A stretch of DNA of 59,463 nucleotides from a virus. Its lineage: Duplodnaviria > Caudoviricetes. Under the pieces are notes generated by a model. The model saw nothing but the letters and a program-made list of their open reading frames with translations. It made no database searches and had not been told where the DNA came from. Within the stretch, counting starts at the first letter, position 1, and each line of letters starts with the position of its first letter. Position numbers and translations under genes: made by a program. Where the stretch lies: IMG/VR virus record IMGVR_UViG_3300042330_000238, positions 1 to 59,463 of that record; one strand, given 5' to 3'. This document shows positions 47,401 to 57,618 of this stretch, in pieces.

Positions 47401-49036
47401 TGTATTTAATAATGAAACATTACCTTTAAGAAAATCAATCATACAAGCGTTAATTGATAATAAAGGTAGTTTTGAAGGTATTAAAGGAAATATTAAAAAA
47501 CAATTCTCAGGTGTTTTAAAATTAGGAGAACAAAATTCTAATATTTTAGAATTAGATGTTTTTAAAGGAATGACTCAAGAACAAAAGTTAGATTACTTTA
47601 AAAAAAATACTGTATATGTATCAAATAAAGGCGAAACTAAATTTACATATAACGATAAGTTAGATGAAAATAGTTCTTTAAAAGATATGCATAGAGGAGA
47701 AGTTTTTCTAAAAATACCAATGTTAAATGGTAAAATGTTTTATTTAAAATTAAACACTTCAAGATTAAGTGAAAATAAAGCAAGACAAACTTTTGAACTA
47801 ATTAAACTTTATTCAAATTTAATGAAAAATAAACAAAGTTCTGAAGCTCAAAATTTTGACTATAACTCATTAAGAGAATTTATTGAAACAAATAATTTAA
47901 ATGAAGTTTTACCTGAATTAGAATTAATTGAAAAAAGTAACGAACCTATTGAAATCAATTTAGAAAGATTAATTAATACTATTGTATTTTTTCAAAATAC
48001 TAATACTAAGACTAAATTAATTGTTGATGAAAACGGAACATTAGCGTTAGGAGAATTATTACAAAAGGTAAATAAAGAAGTTAATGATTCTATTGGTCAT
48101 TATACATATACTACAGATACATTAAATGGTTTAACAGAATTACAACAAGAAGCAATTGTAAAGTATTTAATGTATAAAAGACATAATGTTTTGATTACTA
48201 AAGATGAAACTTCAACATTTAATAATGATGATTATCTTAAATATTTATTAAGTGAACAATCTCCTGTTTTAACAACTAATGCAGTAGTTAACGAACCAAC
48301 ATTTCAAGGTTATTCTAATATTTATTTAAATCAAACAGTTACTAATAGTAATAAAACACAACCTAAAGAAGTACCTTCTGAAAAAGTTGAAGATTTAAGT
48401 GCTGAAGAATTATTAGCAAGTTTGAGTTATAGTGGAGATGTTTCACAACCTATCAAAACTACAACAAGTAATCAATTAAATAATAAAAATGAAGTTTCAA
48501 TTAACGAAATTGTAAAATTATTTAAACAAGTCAATATTCAAAATAGAAAAATAGGTAATGATATAGGTGATAAAGATTCTATAATGCAAATTTTATGGAA
48601 TTTGATATCTAAAGATGAAAATGATTCAAAAGCTACTGTAATTAGTTACGCAGGATTTGGAAAAATAAATATTGACGGTATATATACTGAAAACAATGTG
48701 ATGATTGCATTATCTGAAGTAATTAAAGATGAATTTATATTAGATGAAATATCTGAAAATTTTAATAAAATATTAAAATATGAAGGTTTAGAATATAAAT
48801 ATGATTTGAATAAATCTCAAGAAATTGTTGAAACTATTACTGAAACATTAAAAGAATCTAACGTTGTTGAAATATTTAAAAATGCTAATGAAGATACACA
48901 ACTTAAAATGTTTCAAAATGCTTTAAAATTAAATGACAAAAAAATAGAAGATTTTGAAGGAACAATTGAAGAATTTAAAGAACTTGTTAGTAATATTAAA
49001 GATATTAAAGAAATTAATAAAATTTGTGCTAAATAA
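44495..49036 (+). CDS. Large virion cargo/ejection protein
   Basis: 1513 aa; G/A-rich membrane-like N-half (SEGFLEEAGQ, LGAFLGGGM) then coiled coils. Confidence 0.7.
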   Translation: MGKKQFKNDPVEQYDDFFEAFKSLNSQNPINNKPKNRDLGAAMAPKFQGYNTGINQSKYDSNFNWNAQADYEDIQGSIKEHRAQTQPWLDKASAGLARVSTKILAETAKLPGYVGGAIMSLGAEEGEGFETAFNNQWIKSINELNEKVNTEYLPVYVKKSVEEGNLWDNISSVDFWATEGADGIGFIASMLVPGAIFKSLGLGSKAMGATTKGLAMIKNNSKLAGAVRTIEGLGLNAKNFDVAGTAIVNTYIESAAEAGNAMENFNKNKDSIINSYLQQGLSVEEAEKQFVEQKGRLGRDIFVSNVGILAIPNLIQSKMIWGKAVNKLAKVDNPSVLKKIGNRSKDVLGATASEGFLEEAGQMTVENMFTDKAKRGELKEGFFGTAKSFNISELGQAYLDTVSSTEGQKAMFLGAFLGGGMSAYSGAKQDISDRKNSASIQDWINSEEFNFNTLLEEDTYLRDEEGNIQYHPNNEPVQDPKKVIKRFEALQATEKLNAQYEKAVQNGDYKTAEEIQKIAETQFLLPFARKGEPGIQALRENLEATIKSEDVQSTNENKQAESKVKDLISRAEKMQKKYETYQDFSRDLIVLNNENATDEQKIGFYNYLADNYVYKEGLLYESKKQLNKLNQQKSELLSELEDNVMIKTNEIVDENTQDDAFKYKFEEDPRIVRINKDIENTSKKIKSINNRINNQLWDSEKVNKIFDKFVNQTTKVEKATSPEVELEYDTIISDLESISSKEDLINYVNKLDSKYTENDIIQSKIEDIFKELGYKELLQKQLEQQQAEEKDAEKFQEDKDFGTTTTPETTDKVGEKTNIQGLETVQTSKNAEVDSDNNEYDRSPKELVVLEESTNPSNVDKNQGSAKVLSTNRDTGETLFSILEPFVQYEKESRDKTKDEVTFELGDIVSNNVSEILLKLKNENLTESEIKELEEKLPIKVNFKNGNKKVFSFIEALTDNISKNPDSLNVFNNETLPLRKSIIQALIDNKGSFEGIKGNIKKQFSGVLKLGEQNSNILELDVFKGMTQEQKLDYFKKNTVYVSNKGETKFTYNDKLDENSSLKDMHRGEVFLKIPMLNGKMFYLKLNTSRLSENKARQTFELIKLYSNLMKNKQSSEAQNFDYNSLREFIETNNLNEVLPELELIEKSNEPIEINLERLINTIVFFQNTNTKTKLIVDENGTLALGELLQKVNKEVNDSIGHYTYTTDTLNGLTELQQEAIVKYLMYKRHNVLITKDETSTFNNDDYLKYLLSEQSPVLTTNAVVNEPTFQGYSNIYLNQTVTNSNKTQPKEVPSEKVEDLSAEELLASLSYSGDVSQPIKTTTSNQLNNKNEVSINEIVKLFKQVNIQNRKIGNDIGDKDSIMQILWNLISKDENDSKATVISYAGFGKINIDGIYTENNVMIALSEVIKDEFILDEISENFNKILKYEGLEYKYDLNKSQEIVETITETLKESNVVEIFKNANEDTQLKMFQNALKLNDKKIEDFEGTIEEFKELVSNIKDIKEINKICAK

Positions 49037-49068
49037 TTTGGTAATGTCAATTATTTTCACTATATTTG
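49037..49068 (+). promoter_or_regulatory. Bacteroidota sigma-A-type promoter upstream of vRNAP
   Basis: TTTG-N20-TATATTTG. Confidence 0.8.
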
Positions 49069-49084
49069 TAAAAAATAAAAATAT

Positions 49085-52000
49085 ATGAGTTGTACAAGAA
49101 TATCTCTTACAGGTGGAGCAGAGTCTTTACTGTATAAAGATTTATATGAAAAAATAGCTGATAAAAATGAAACTAAAGCTGATGAAATGTTTACATATTT
49201 TAAATCTGAAGCATTTATAGAAGATTTTGGTGATTATATATTAGACTATAAAAATAATGTTGTAAGTGATCGTATAAATGAAAATGGAGAACCATTATTA
49301 ATTTATGATGAAATTTCTAAAAAACATTATTATTTAAATAAAAATAATGAAAAAGTATACTACCCTCTAATTAACAGAGGGTTGGTTGCTTTATTTAGTA
49401 ATCAGCAAATTGATAAAATTGCTTCAAGATTAGCCTTGAATTATTTTAAAGGTTCTAATTTAGATTTTAATAATATTGATTTTAGTAACTCTGAAAAACT
49501 ACCTAATTTATCTAATTTTATTCAAAAACAAATTATTGATAAAATTCAAGAATTAAACGAAAAAGGTGGATTTAAAAATAAACTTATTGCTAAAACATTA
49601 ACAGAGTCATTAAATTACATTGATGAGTTTTCTACAAATGTAGAAAAAATATTTAAAGAAATGTCTATTTCAATTGAAGAAACTGATGACGTAGATGGTA
49701 ATATTGATATTACTGCAGGTGAAGAATTAAAAGATCCTGCATTTAATCAACATTCTGCTGAAAGAAATACTAAAGATAGTGTTAGTACTAATGTAAAATT
49801 AAGATTATCATTATTAGAAGATACTAATAATATTGATCCTATTTGGGGAGAACCTGTTTTTTTAAGTAGAGATTCAGTTCAATCAGATTTACAATTTATA
49901 TTATCAGATATTGTAGCTAAAAAAGGTAAAGATATTTTTGAATTACAATTAAATGCTTTAAGTAAAGTTTTAGATAGAAAACCTTTATTAAGACAATTAT
50001 ATAATTATTTAAGTGATGTTAATTTTAAAGAAGAATATCGTTCTGAATTTTCTCAAGCATTTAATTTACTTAAAAACAATCATATTGTAAGTAATTATTC
50101 TGAAGTTAACGGAACTGTTGTTCATACAACTTCTCAAATATCTGATTCAGGTTCTAAGACAACAACTATAAAAGAACAATGGGATAGTAATTTTCAAGAT
50201 AAATTCTTAAATAAAGATAACACCTTAAAAGAAAATGTTAAGCAAAATTTATTAACTAAAGGAATTCCTGAAATTAAATCGATATATGAAGAAATTTTAG
50301 AATTTAAAAGAAATTTTAATAATCTTGAACAAGATATTCAAATTGAAACTTTTGAAAATGTAAAATTAAAATTATTTACTTTTTTAGATAAATTAGGAAT
50401 TACTACAGATATTAATGCTGTTGAAAACTATTTAGATAATTATGGTGAGTTTTTAACAATTAAAGATAAGTTAAATAATTTAGTTACTTTAGCTGAACAA
50501 TCACAGTATCTTACAAATGGTATTATTACTAAATATGAAAGTCCTACAAAAGACTATTCAAGTTTTTTAACATTATCACAATCTTTTACTAACTTAGCTA
50601 AATCAGAAGCTTTCTTTTTAACAGATGGTTCTGATGCAACAATTAGAACAGGTGATAAACAGAAATGGATTTATTCATATCCTTCATATATTGCTACAAA
50701 AGTTAAACAATGGAAAGCTAATCCTGAATTACTTTTAGAATTATATAATTCAAGTAGTGATACAAAAGGTTCATATTATATGGGTATTTTAACAGGTTCT
50801 ATAGATGTAAATAGTAAACAACTTACTTATAAAGATTTAAATGAACAATTAGAATATTCTAAAAAAATATTAGAAAAGTTAGATGTAGGTATAATGAATC
50901 AAATGTCTGCAGATGGTAAATTTAAAACTACTACAGATTTAGCTTATTCAGATTATATTGTAGATGTTTTAAATAAAGTTTTAAAAGGTGATGACTTTAT
51001 TAGAACTACTACACAAGCAGATAAGACTACTGAATTTGCAATTAAAACAGGTATAAAAGTTTCTTCATATGCTGGAGTTAAAACAATAGTAAATGAAAAA
51101 GGTGAGGAAGAAAGTATTGTAGGTGTTAAAAATCAAACTAAAGATGTTTTCTTTAATTATTTTGCATCACAAGTTAATAGAATGATTGAAGCAAATCAAG
51201 AAGTTGAAAATGCTAAATTAGATTCTTCTATAAAATTAACACCTCATTATCATTATAAATATGATGTTGATACAATAAATAAAAATCCTGAATATATTTA
51301 TTCAAAAAATGGTAATGCTTTTAATTTTCAATATTTTGAAAAATTATCATTCAATGCTAAAAATAAATCACCATTAGAAAAACAAATTTCTGAATTAATA
51401 TTTGATAAAGAAGGTAATGTTTTATTTAATAAATTAACTAAAGAATCTAGTGAAGAATTATATGATTTATTTAGTAGATATTTAGAACTTAATTTATTTA
51501 ATTCATTTGTTAGAACAAGAAGTTATTTAACTTCTATGGGTATATTAAATATTAATGAAAAAGGTGATTATGTAATAAATAAAATAGATAATAATACTGT
51601 TACTAAAACATATTCTAAAATACATGAAGCTCAAAAACCTTACGCAGTAGTAATGGATTATTTAGTAAACAATTTAATATCTAATATAGAATATTCTAAA
51701 ATGTTTGCAGGTGATGTAGCTTATTATAAGAATATGATTGATTATAAAAAACGTATTCCTGCTACATATACAGATGGTTTACAGTTAAGAATTAAAGAAG
51801 GTCAAGAATATTTTAATATTGCTACAATTAATAGTGTAAATAGAAAATCTCCTTTTTATGATAAATTAGTAGAAAGTTTAGGAGAAAAAGACGCACAACC
51901 TTATGAGAAAATTAACTCTGCAGATGCTCAAGCTTGGATTACACCTCAACGTTGGAAATTTTTAATACAAGGTTTAGGTAAATGGTCTAAAGCACATGAT

Positions 52001-53185
52001 GAAGTTTATCGTAAAATGATGTCTGATAAAGTTGAAGAATATTCTGAAAAAGAATTAAAAATTGCAGCACAACCTTTAAAAGGTGTATTTTTTGGTAGAG
52101 ATGCTACTGGAAAACCAACATATTTAAAATATTCTCAAGCAGTATTATCTAAAGCATTAATACAAGGTTCTGATTTAGAAACAATGTATAACAAAATGAT
52201 TGATAATAATGTTGACGAACTTATTACATTTGATGGTGTTAAAGTAGGAGCTATTGAACCAACACAAATACATGATGAAAACGGTAATATTTTAGAAGAT
52301 TTTCCTCTAAATGTACAAACGTTATCTAACAGAGATTGGAAACTTCAACAAGACTTACCTACAAAAACATTTAAAAATATTGATGTTGGATCACAAATTC
52401 AAAAAAATATATTTGCAGGTTTAAGACATAATGAAACATTAGATGGATTTATGTTAGATGGTAAGTCTTATACAGGTAAACAAATAATGGATGAAATTGT
52501 TAAAACAGTTTCAGGATTATCTGATAAAGGTTTAAAATCATTAAAAGAAGAATTCAATATTGGTGATGATTATAAAATAGGAAATATTTCTGGATTTTAC
52601 AAATCATTAATTAGAGAATTAGAACAGCGTGGTGGTTCTGAAAATGTTATTAAAGCATTAGAAACTGAAACAACTATTGTAGGTATTCCTCAATCAGCAG
52701 GAAAATTATATAATATATTTGCTTCTATAATGAAAAGTAGACTTATTAAAATTAAAACTAATGGTGGAGCATTTATTCAAATGTCAAACTTTGGTTTAAA
52801 TAAGTCAGAAGTAGATAGTAAAGGTGTGATATGGAGTCCTAATGCATTAGAAACAGTCCATGAACCTCATATGTATATAGATCCTGATACATTAAGACGT
52901 ACAGTAAGACCTGGTGGTATATTAGTGTCAGGTAGTTTTATTGCAAAATATATACCTAATTGGAAAACTAAAACACCTGAACAAATATTTGGTTATACAA
53001 ATGAAAATGGCGAATTTGTTAAAGGTTTAATTGATCCTAAAATATTAGATAATATTATAGGTTATCGTATTCCTAATCAAGGTTTAGCTTCAAATGATGC
53101 TTTACAAATTGTAGGTATATTACCTGAATCTGCAGGAGATACAATTGTAGCTTATACAGGGATTACTACTAAAACTGGGTCTGAT
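49085..53185 (+). CDS. Virion RNA polymerase (two-barrel, phi14:2 gp66-like), exon 1
   Basis: D.KKR, DAQAWI, IGYRIPNQG, GDTIVA...TKTGSD, ending at the intron. Confidence 0.9.
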
Positions 53186-54139
53186 AAACGTTAATGTTTG
53201 ACCCAGTATAAAAATAAAAATATTGTTAATTGCTGGAAACTCCTAAAGCTTTGTAAACTACAACGTAATTTGAAAAAATAAGCGTGAATGTTTAAAAATT
53301 ACAAAGATGGCGAATGGACAATCAGCAGCCGAGCTCCTTTAATATGGAGAGGGTTCAACGACTAATGCTCAAATTAATAGTTCCCTATATGGGTAACACA
53401 AACAAAATCATATGAAAACAAAATTTAACAAAGAGTCAAGAAACTTGATTATTGGAATGTTATTAGGTGACGGAACAATTTCTAATAACTACGTGTTTAA
53501 ACTTTCACACGGAGAAAAACAAAAAGAATATTTAGAATGGAAAATTAAACTTCTTAATAAATATGGTATAAAAAATAATGGTTTAAAAGAATACATTCAA
53601 ACAGTAGGTTATAATATTGGATCTAAAGTTTATTATTCTCAATTAAGTATTATACCCTTTATTAAAGTTTTAAGAAGAGTAATTTATAATCCTAAAAAAA
53701 ATTATGCTAATCGCAAACTATTAAATAGATTAAACGAATTAACAATTGCAATTTGGTATATGGACGATGGTCATATTAACATTAGAAAAACTGAAAATAA
53801 AGTTCATGGTTTTTATATTAAAATTGCAACATGTTTAACTAAAGAACAAAACCAAATTATAATAGATTATTTTAAAGAAGTTTGGAATATATCTTTTTAT
53901 CAATTTAAAGAAGGTAAAGAAACTTATTCTTTGTGTTGTGGAACACAAGAAGGTGTTAAATTTATACAATTAATAAAACCTTATGTAGAATCATGTCCGT
54001 CGATGCTATATAAAATTCAATATGATTTGAGCCAACGTAAAGATTACGTTGCGTAGAGTTTAATAACTCGAAACACAATACACTAAAAATAGTGAAGATA
54101 TAGTCTGATCTCATATGAAAGTATGAGTTAACATAAATG
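53186..54139 (+). mobile_element. Group I intron (IA-like) with LAGLIDADG ORF
   Basis: P AATTGCTGGAAA, Q AATCAGCAG, R GTTCAACGACTA, S AAGATATAGTCT; P3 TATTGT/ACAATA; exon ends in U and intron ends in G; splicing restores GSDFDVDK. Confidence 0.93.
53412..54056 (+). CDS. Intron-encoded LAGLIDADG homing endonuclease
   Basis: LIIGMLLGDG and IAIWYMDDG double motifs; H...QKEY..WK. Confidence 0.92.
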   Translation: MKTKFNKESRNLIIGMLLGDGTISNNYVFKLSHGEKQKEYLEWKIKLLNKYGIKNNGLKEYIQTVGYNIGSKVYYSQLSIIPFIKVLRRVIYNPKKNYANRKLLNRLNELTIAIWYMDDGHINIRKTENKVHGFYIKIATCLTKEQNQIIIDYFKEVWNISFYQFKEGKETYSLCCGTQEGVKFIQLIKPYVESCPSMLYKIQYDLSQRKDYVA

Positions 54140-57121
54140 TTTGACGTTGATAAAATGTATATAATGTTTCCTAAAATTGTACCTCAATATAATTTGTCAG
54201 ATAAAATTTTTAATTATGTTCGTACAAATTTAAAAGGTAAAACTAAAGAGGAAACAATTGATAATATTAATAAAGTAATTGATCAAATTAATCCTGATTA
54301 TGATGAATCATTTAATGTAGATGATTTTGCAGAAGAAATTTTAAATATTTCAAATGTAAGTGATACCCAAGATTTAGAAAAACAATTATATAAAGATACT
54401 GTAAATTTATTTATTAACGTTTTACGTAAAACTAAAAAACAATCACCGTTATTAAAAGATATTAAAGATCAAACTGATTTTGACACGGTTGAAAGTTTAA
54501 AATATGATGTTAGAGATTTAGGAAATAAATTAATTGAATTATATAAATCAGTACTTACACATCCTGAAGTTTATTCAAGTGTAATGAAACCTATTGATAT
54601 TGATTTTATAGAAAAAGAAATTAAAGATATTTTTCCTGATAAATCTAATATATTTATGAATCATTTTGATCCTGAAGTAGACACTAAATTAAGATATTCT
54701 TTATTAGGTGGTAAAGCAGGAGTTGGACAAGAAGCTAATGCTATGGTTGATATTAGTAGACCTGGTAAATTAGTTTTAAATGATGTTAAAGATATTTTAT
54801 GGGGTCATCACAATATAGAAGGTGAATCAATATTTGACTTAGAGTTTTCTGAAAAATTATCTGAAGAAGATTTAAATTATTATGTTAATGAACTTGTTGA
54901 TAAAAATGCAGATTCTGAAAGAATTAAAGAGTTTAAAAATGAACTTCGTAAAGTAAAAACAATTGATTCTTTAACAGCTATTTTGAATGCATTTGTGGAT
55001 ATTGCAAAAGATCCATATATTTCTAAAGGTAACTGGACAACATCTACAACAAATGTTGGAAACTTATTATTAAGATTGGGTGCACATCCACTATATGTTG
55101 TAAACTTTTTAGCAAATGATGTTATTACACAATATGTAGAATTTCAAAAATCTAAAGAAGGTTTAACTGAAAATGAACCTGGAGATTTAATGGAATCATT
55201 TAAAGCAGAGCTAGTAATAAATAATTTAAATAATTATGCTAAAAAACAAGGATTTAAACTTGATTTGGGTGCAATTTATGATAAACAATTTAATAAATTA
55301 AATGTTGAAGAACGTAAAGAGAAATTAAAATATCGTTTAGATAAAGGATATATTAATCAACAACAATATGATGAAGAACTAGTTAGTATAGATAAAGAAC
55401 TTAAAGATTCTTTAAATATATTAAATAAAAAATTAAAGTTAGAAACAGATGATTTAGAAAAAGTAAGAAAAGATATTATAAGTATTAATAATTCTGTTTT
55501 TGATGCAAAACCTTTAAATATATTTGATAGAAATACTTTACAATATAATAAGTTTAAATTAAATTTAAAATACTTTAGAAATCAAAATAAGATTAAAAAT
55601 AAAAATGAAGATTCGTTAATGTTTGAAGTTAATTTACTAAAAACATTTAAAGATTTAGTTGAATACTCTAAAAATCTTGGTGAAACTGTAAGACTATCTA
55701 AAATTGATACTGATGGTTTTGGAAAAGATCACAATAGTTTATTTGGTATTTTTAATTTATATGAACAAGTTATAGATAAAGAGATAGATCAAGTTAAAGG
55801 TTCAATTAGAGGTTTTAATACTAAATTAAACAATACTACACTTGGAGTATATTGGAATCAATTAGAATGGGTTAAAAACCTTGTAGAGGCTAATCCTTTA
55901 TTATTTCCGTCAGGTATGTCGCAAGCTAAGAATATGTTTAATGAAATATCTAATGATTTATATGGTACTAACGCAATTGACGCTGAACTATTAACAGATT
56001 TAAGTAAACATTATAATAGTTATTTAATGTCTAAATTCTTTAATTTATCTAAAGAAGAATCACAAGATTTATTAGACAATCTTCCTAAAAGAATAAAAGA
56101 ATATAAAGATATAATAGGTGAAAAATATTTCATGTTAAATGAAATGAATATTAAAACTTATAAAAATAATAAATATTCTGATTCAATTCAATTAGGTAAT
56201 AGAAAGAAATCTAAATCTTATGATAGATCATTTACAAATTCTTGGAAAGATTTATTTATAGATAATCCCAAATTAGCTGAAGATTTAGTTAAATATGGTT
56301 TTATTACTTCAGGATTTCAAATGAATACTAATCAATTTTTTACATTCATACCTTCTGAATATTTTAATCAGAACGATATTAATCGTAAAATACAAGATAT
56401 TACTGAAGAAATTAATAATGAACAATTAAATGATTTTGTAGATAAATTTTATTTAAATAATTTAACTAATAAAAAATATGTTAAAAAAATAAAAGATAGT
56501 TTAATTTATACATTTACTAAAAATTTAAAAAGTGAACAAGATTTTACTAATGATTTTATAATGAAAGAACCTGGTAAATCTCGTAAATATGTAGAATTAA
56601 GAATACCTTCAAAATTAGGAGCAGATCCTTTAGCAAATATACCTAAACAATATTATAAACTTGTAGGTTATAATGAATTAAAACAAGGTGTTTATCAAAG
56701 AATTGAAGATGTTATTAATAAATTAAATGATAGATCTTTAATCACTTATTCAGACTATGTCGATGTTAAGACAACTATTAAACCTGACTTAGATGTACAA
56801 TCACCTCAAATAGAAGATTTTGTACCTACAGATAGTGTTGATAATTTATATGAAGATGTAAATATGGAAGAATTTTTAAATTCAATGCAATATGGTAGTG
56901 AGCCAATGATAGTATCTGAAGTTACACCAATTGTTGAAATTCAACAATTATCTTTATTTGATAATATTCAAGAATCTAAAACTATGAATAGTTTAAAAGA
57001 AATGTTTGAACAAAGTTTAATGTTAAATAAGTTTAACGAATCAGGAGTAAATAATGTAGATGATTTAAGTAAATTATCTGAAGATGAATTAGCAGAACTG
57101 CTTAAAAAAATATGTAAATAA
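54140..57121 (+). CDS. Virion RNA polymerase, exon 2
   Basis: Starts FDVDKMY; GKAGVG..AN, NAFVDIAKDP; spliced product about 2360 aa. Confidence 0.9.
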   Translation, partial: FDVDKMYIMFPKIVPQYNLSDKIFNYVRTNLKGKTKEETIDNINKVIDQINPDYDESFNVDDFAEEILNISNVSDTQDLEKQLYKDTVNLFINVLRKTKKQSPLLKDIKDQTDFDTVESLKYDVRDLGNKLIELYKSVLTHPEVYSSVMKPIDIDFIEKEIKDIFPDKSNIFMNHFDPEVDTKLRYSLLGGKAGVGQEANAMVDISRPGKLVLNDVKDILWGHHNIEGESIFDLEFSEKLSEEDLNYYVNELVDKNADSERIKEFKNELRKVKTIDSLTAILNAFVDIAKDPYISKGNWTTSTTNVGNLLLRLGAHPLYVVNFLANDVITQYVEFQKSKEGLTENEPGDLMESFKAELVINNLNNYAKKQGFKLDLGAIYDKQFNKLNVEERKEKLKYRLDKGYINQQQYDEELVSIDKELKDSLNILNKKLKLETDDLEKVRKDIISINNSVFDAKPLNIFDRNTLQYNKFKLNLKYFRNQNKIKNKNEDSLMFEVNLLKTFKDLVEYSKNLGETVRLSKIDTDGFGKDHNSLFGIFNLYEQVIDKEIDQVKGSIRGFNTKLNNTTLGVYWNQLEWVKNLVEANPLLFPSGMSQAKNMFNEISNDLYGTNAIDAELLTDLSKHYNSYLMSKFFNLSKEESQDLLDNLPKRIKEYKDIIGEKYFMLNEMNIKTYKNNKYSDSIQLGNRKKSKSYDRSFTNSWKDLFIDNPKLAEDLVKYGFITSGFQMNTNQFFTFIPSEYFNQNDINRKIQDITEEINNEQLNDFVDKFYLNNLTNKKYVKKIKDSLIYTFTKNLKSEQDFTNDFIMKEPGKSRKYVELRIPSKLGADPLANIPKQYYKLVGYNELKQGVYQRIEDVINKLNDRSLITYSDYVDVKTTIKPDLDVQSPQIEDFVPTDSVDNLYEDVNMEEFLNSMQYGSEPMIVSEVTPIVEIQQLSLFDNIQESKTMNSLKEMFEQSLMLNKFNESGVNNVDDLSKLSEDELAELLKKICK

Positions 57122-57615
57122 TGGATAAATCAAACTTATTAAGTAAAATAATTGTAGATACTTTAAACTACAGAATACAACAAGAAGAATTTTCTTCAAG
57201 ATTATATGAACAACTATCATTATGGTTAAATAATGAAGGTTTTTTAAATTGTTCAGAATTATATAAAAAGTATTCAGATGAAGAATTAAAACACGCACAG
57301 TGGTCTAAATCATATCTTTTAGATTATGGTATTACACCTTGTCTTATGAAACTAGAGTCTCCAGAAATGGAGATTACTAGTCTTAAAGATGTTTTTGAAG
57401 CGACTTTAGAACACGAACTTGATATTACAAGACAATGTGAAGAATTAGCTTCTACTGCTTTAAAAGAAGGGAATCATGTATTATATGCATTAGCTTCTAA
57501 ATATTGTGCAGAACAACAAGAAGAAATTGGTAAAGCTATTACTAATTTAGATATTTTTAAACTAAGTACTGATATGTTGATTATAGATCATTATGTTGGT
57601 GATAAATTATTATAA
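57121..57615 (+). CDS. Ferritin (non-heme FtnA-like)
   Basis: QQEEFSSRLY, DEELKHA, LEHE and EQQEE ferroxidase-type ligands; 164 aa. Confidence 0.88.
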   Translation: MDKSNLLSKIIVDTLNYRIQQEEFSSRLYEQLSLWLNNEGFLNCSELYKKYSDEELKHAQWSKSYLLDYGITPCLMKLESPEMEITSLKDVFEATLEHELDITRQCEELASTALKEGNHVLYALASKYCAEQQEEIGKAITNLDIFKLSTDMLIIDHYVGDKLL

Positions 57616-57618
57616 TAT

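Noticed and set aside
49085-57121. RNAP as two genuine subunits, or an intein
   Set aside because: Group I P/Q/R/S elements are present, precise splicing restores DFDVD, and stop codons rule out an intein
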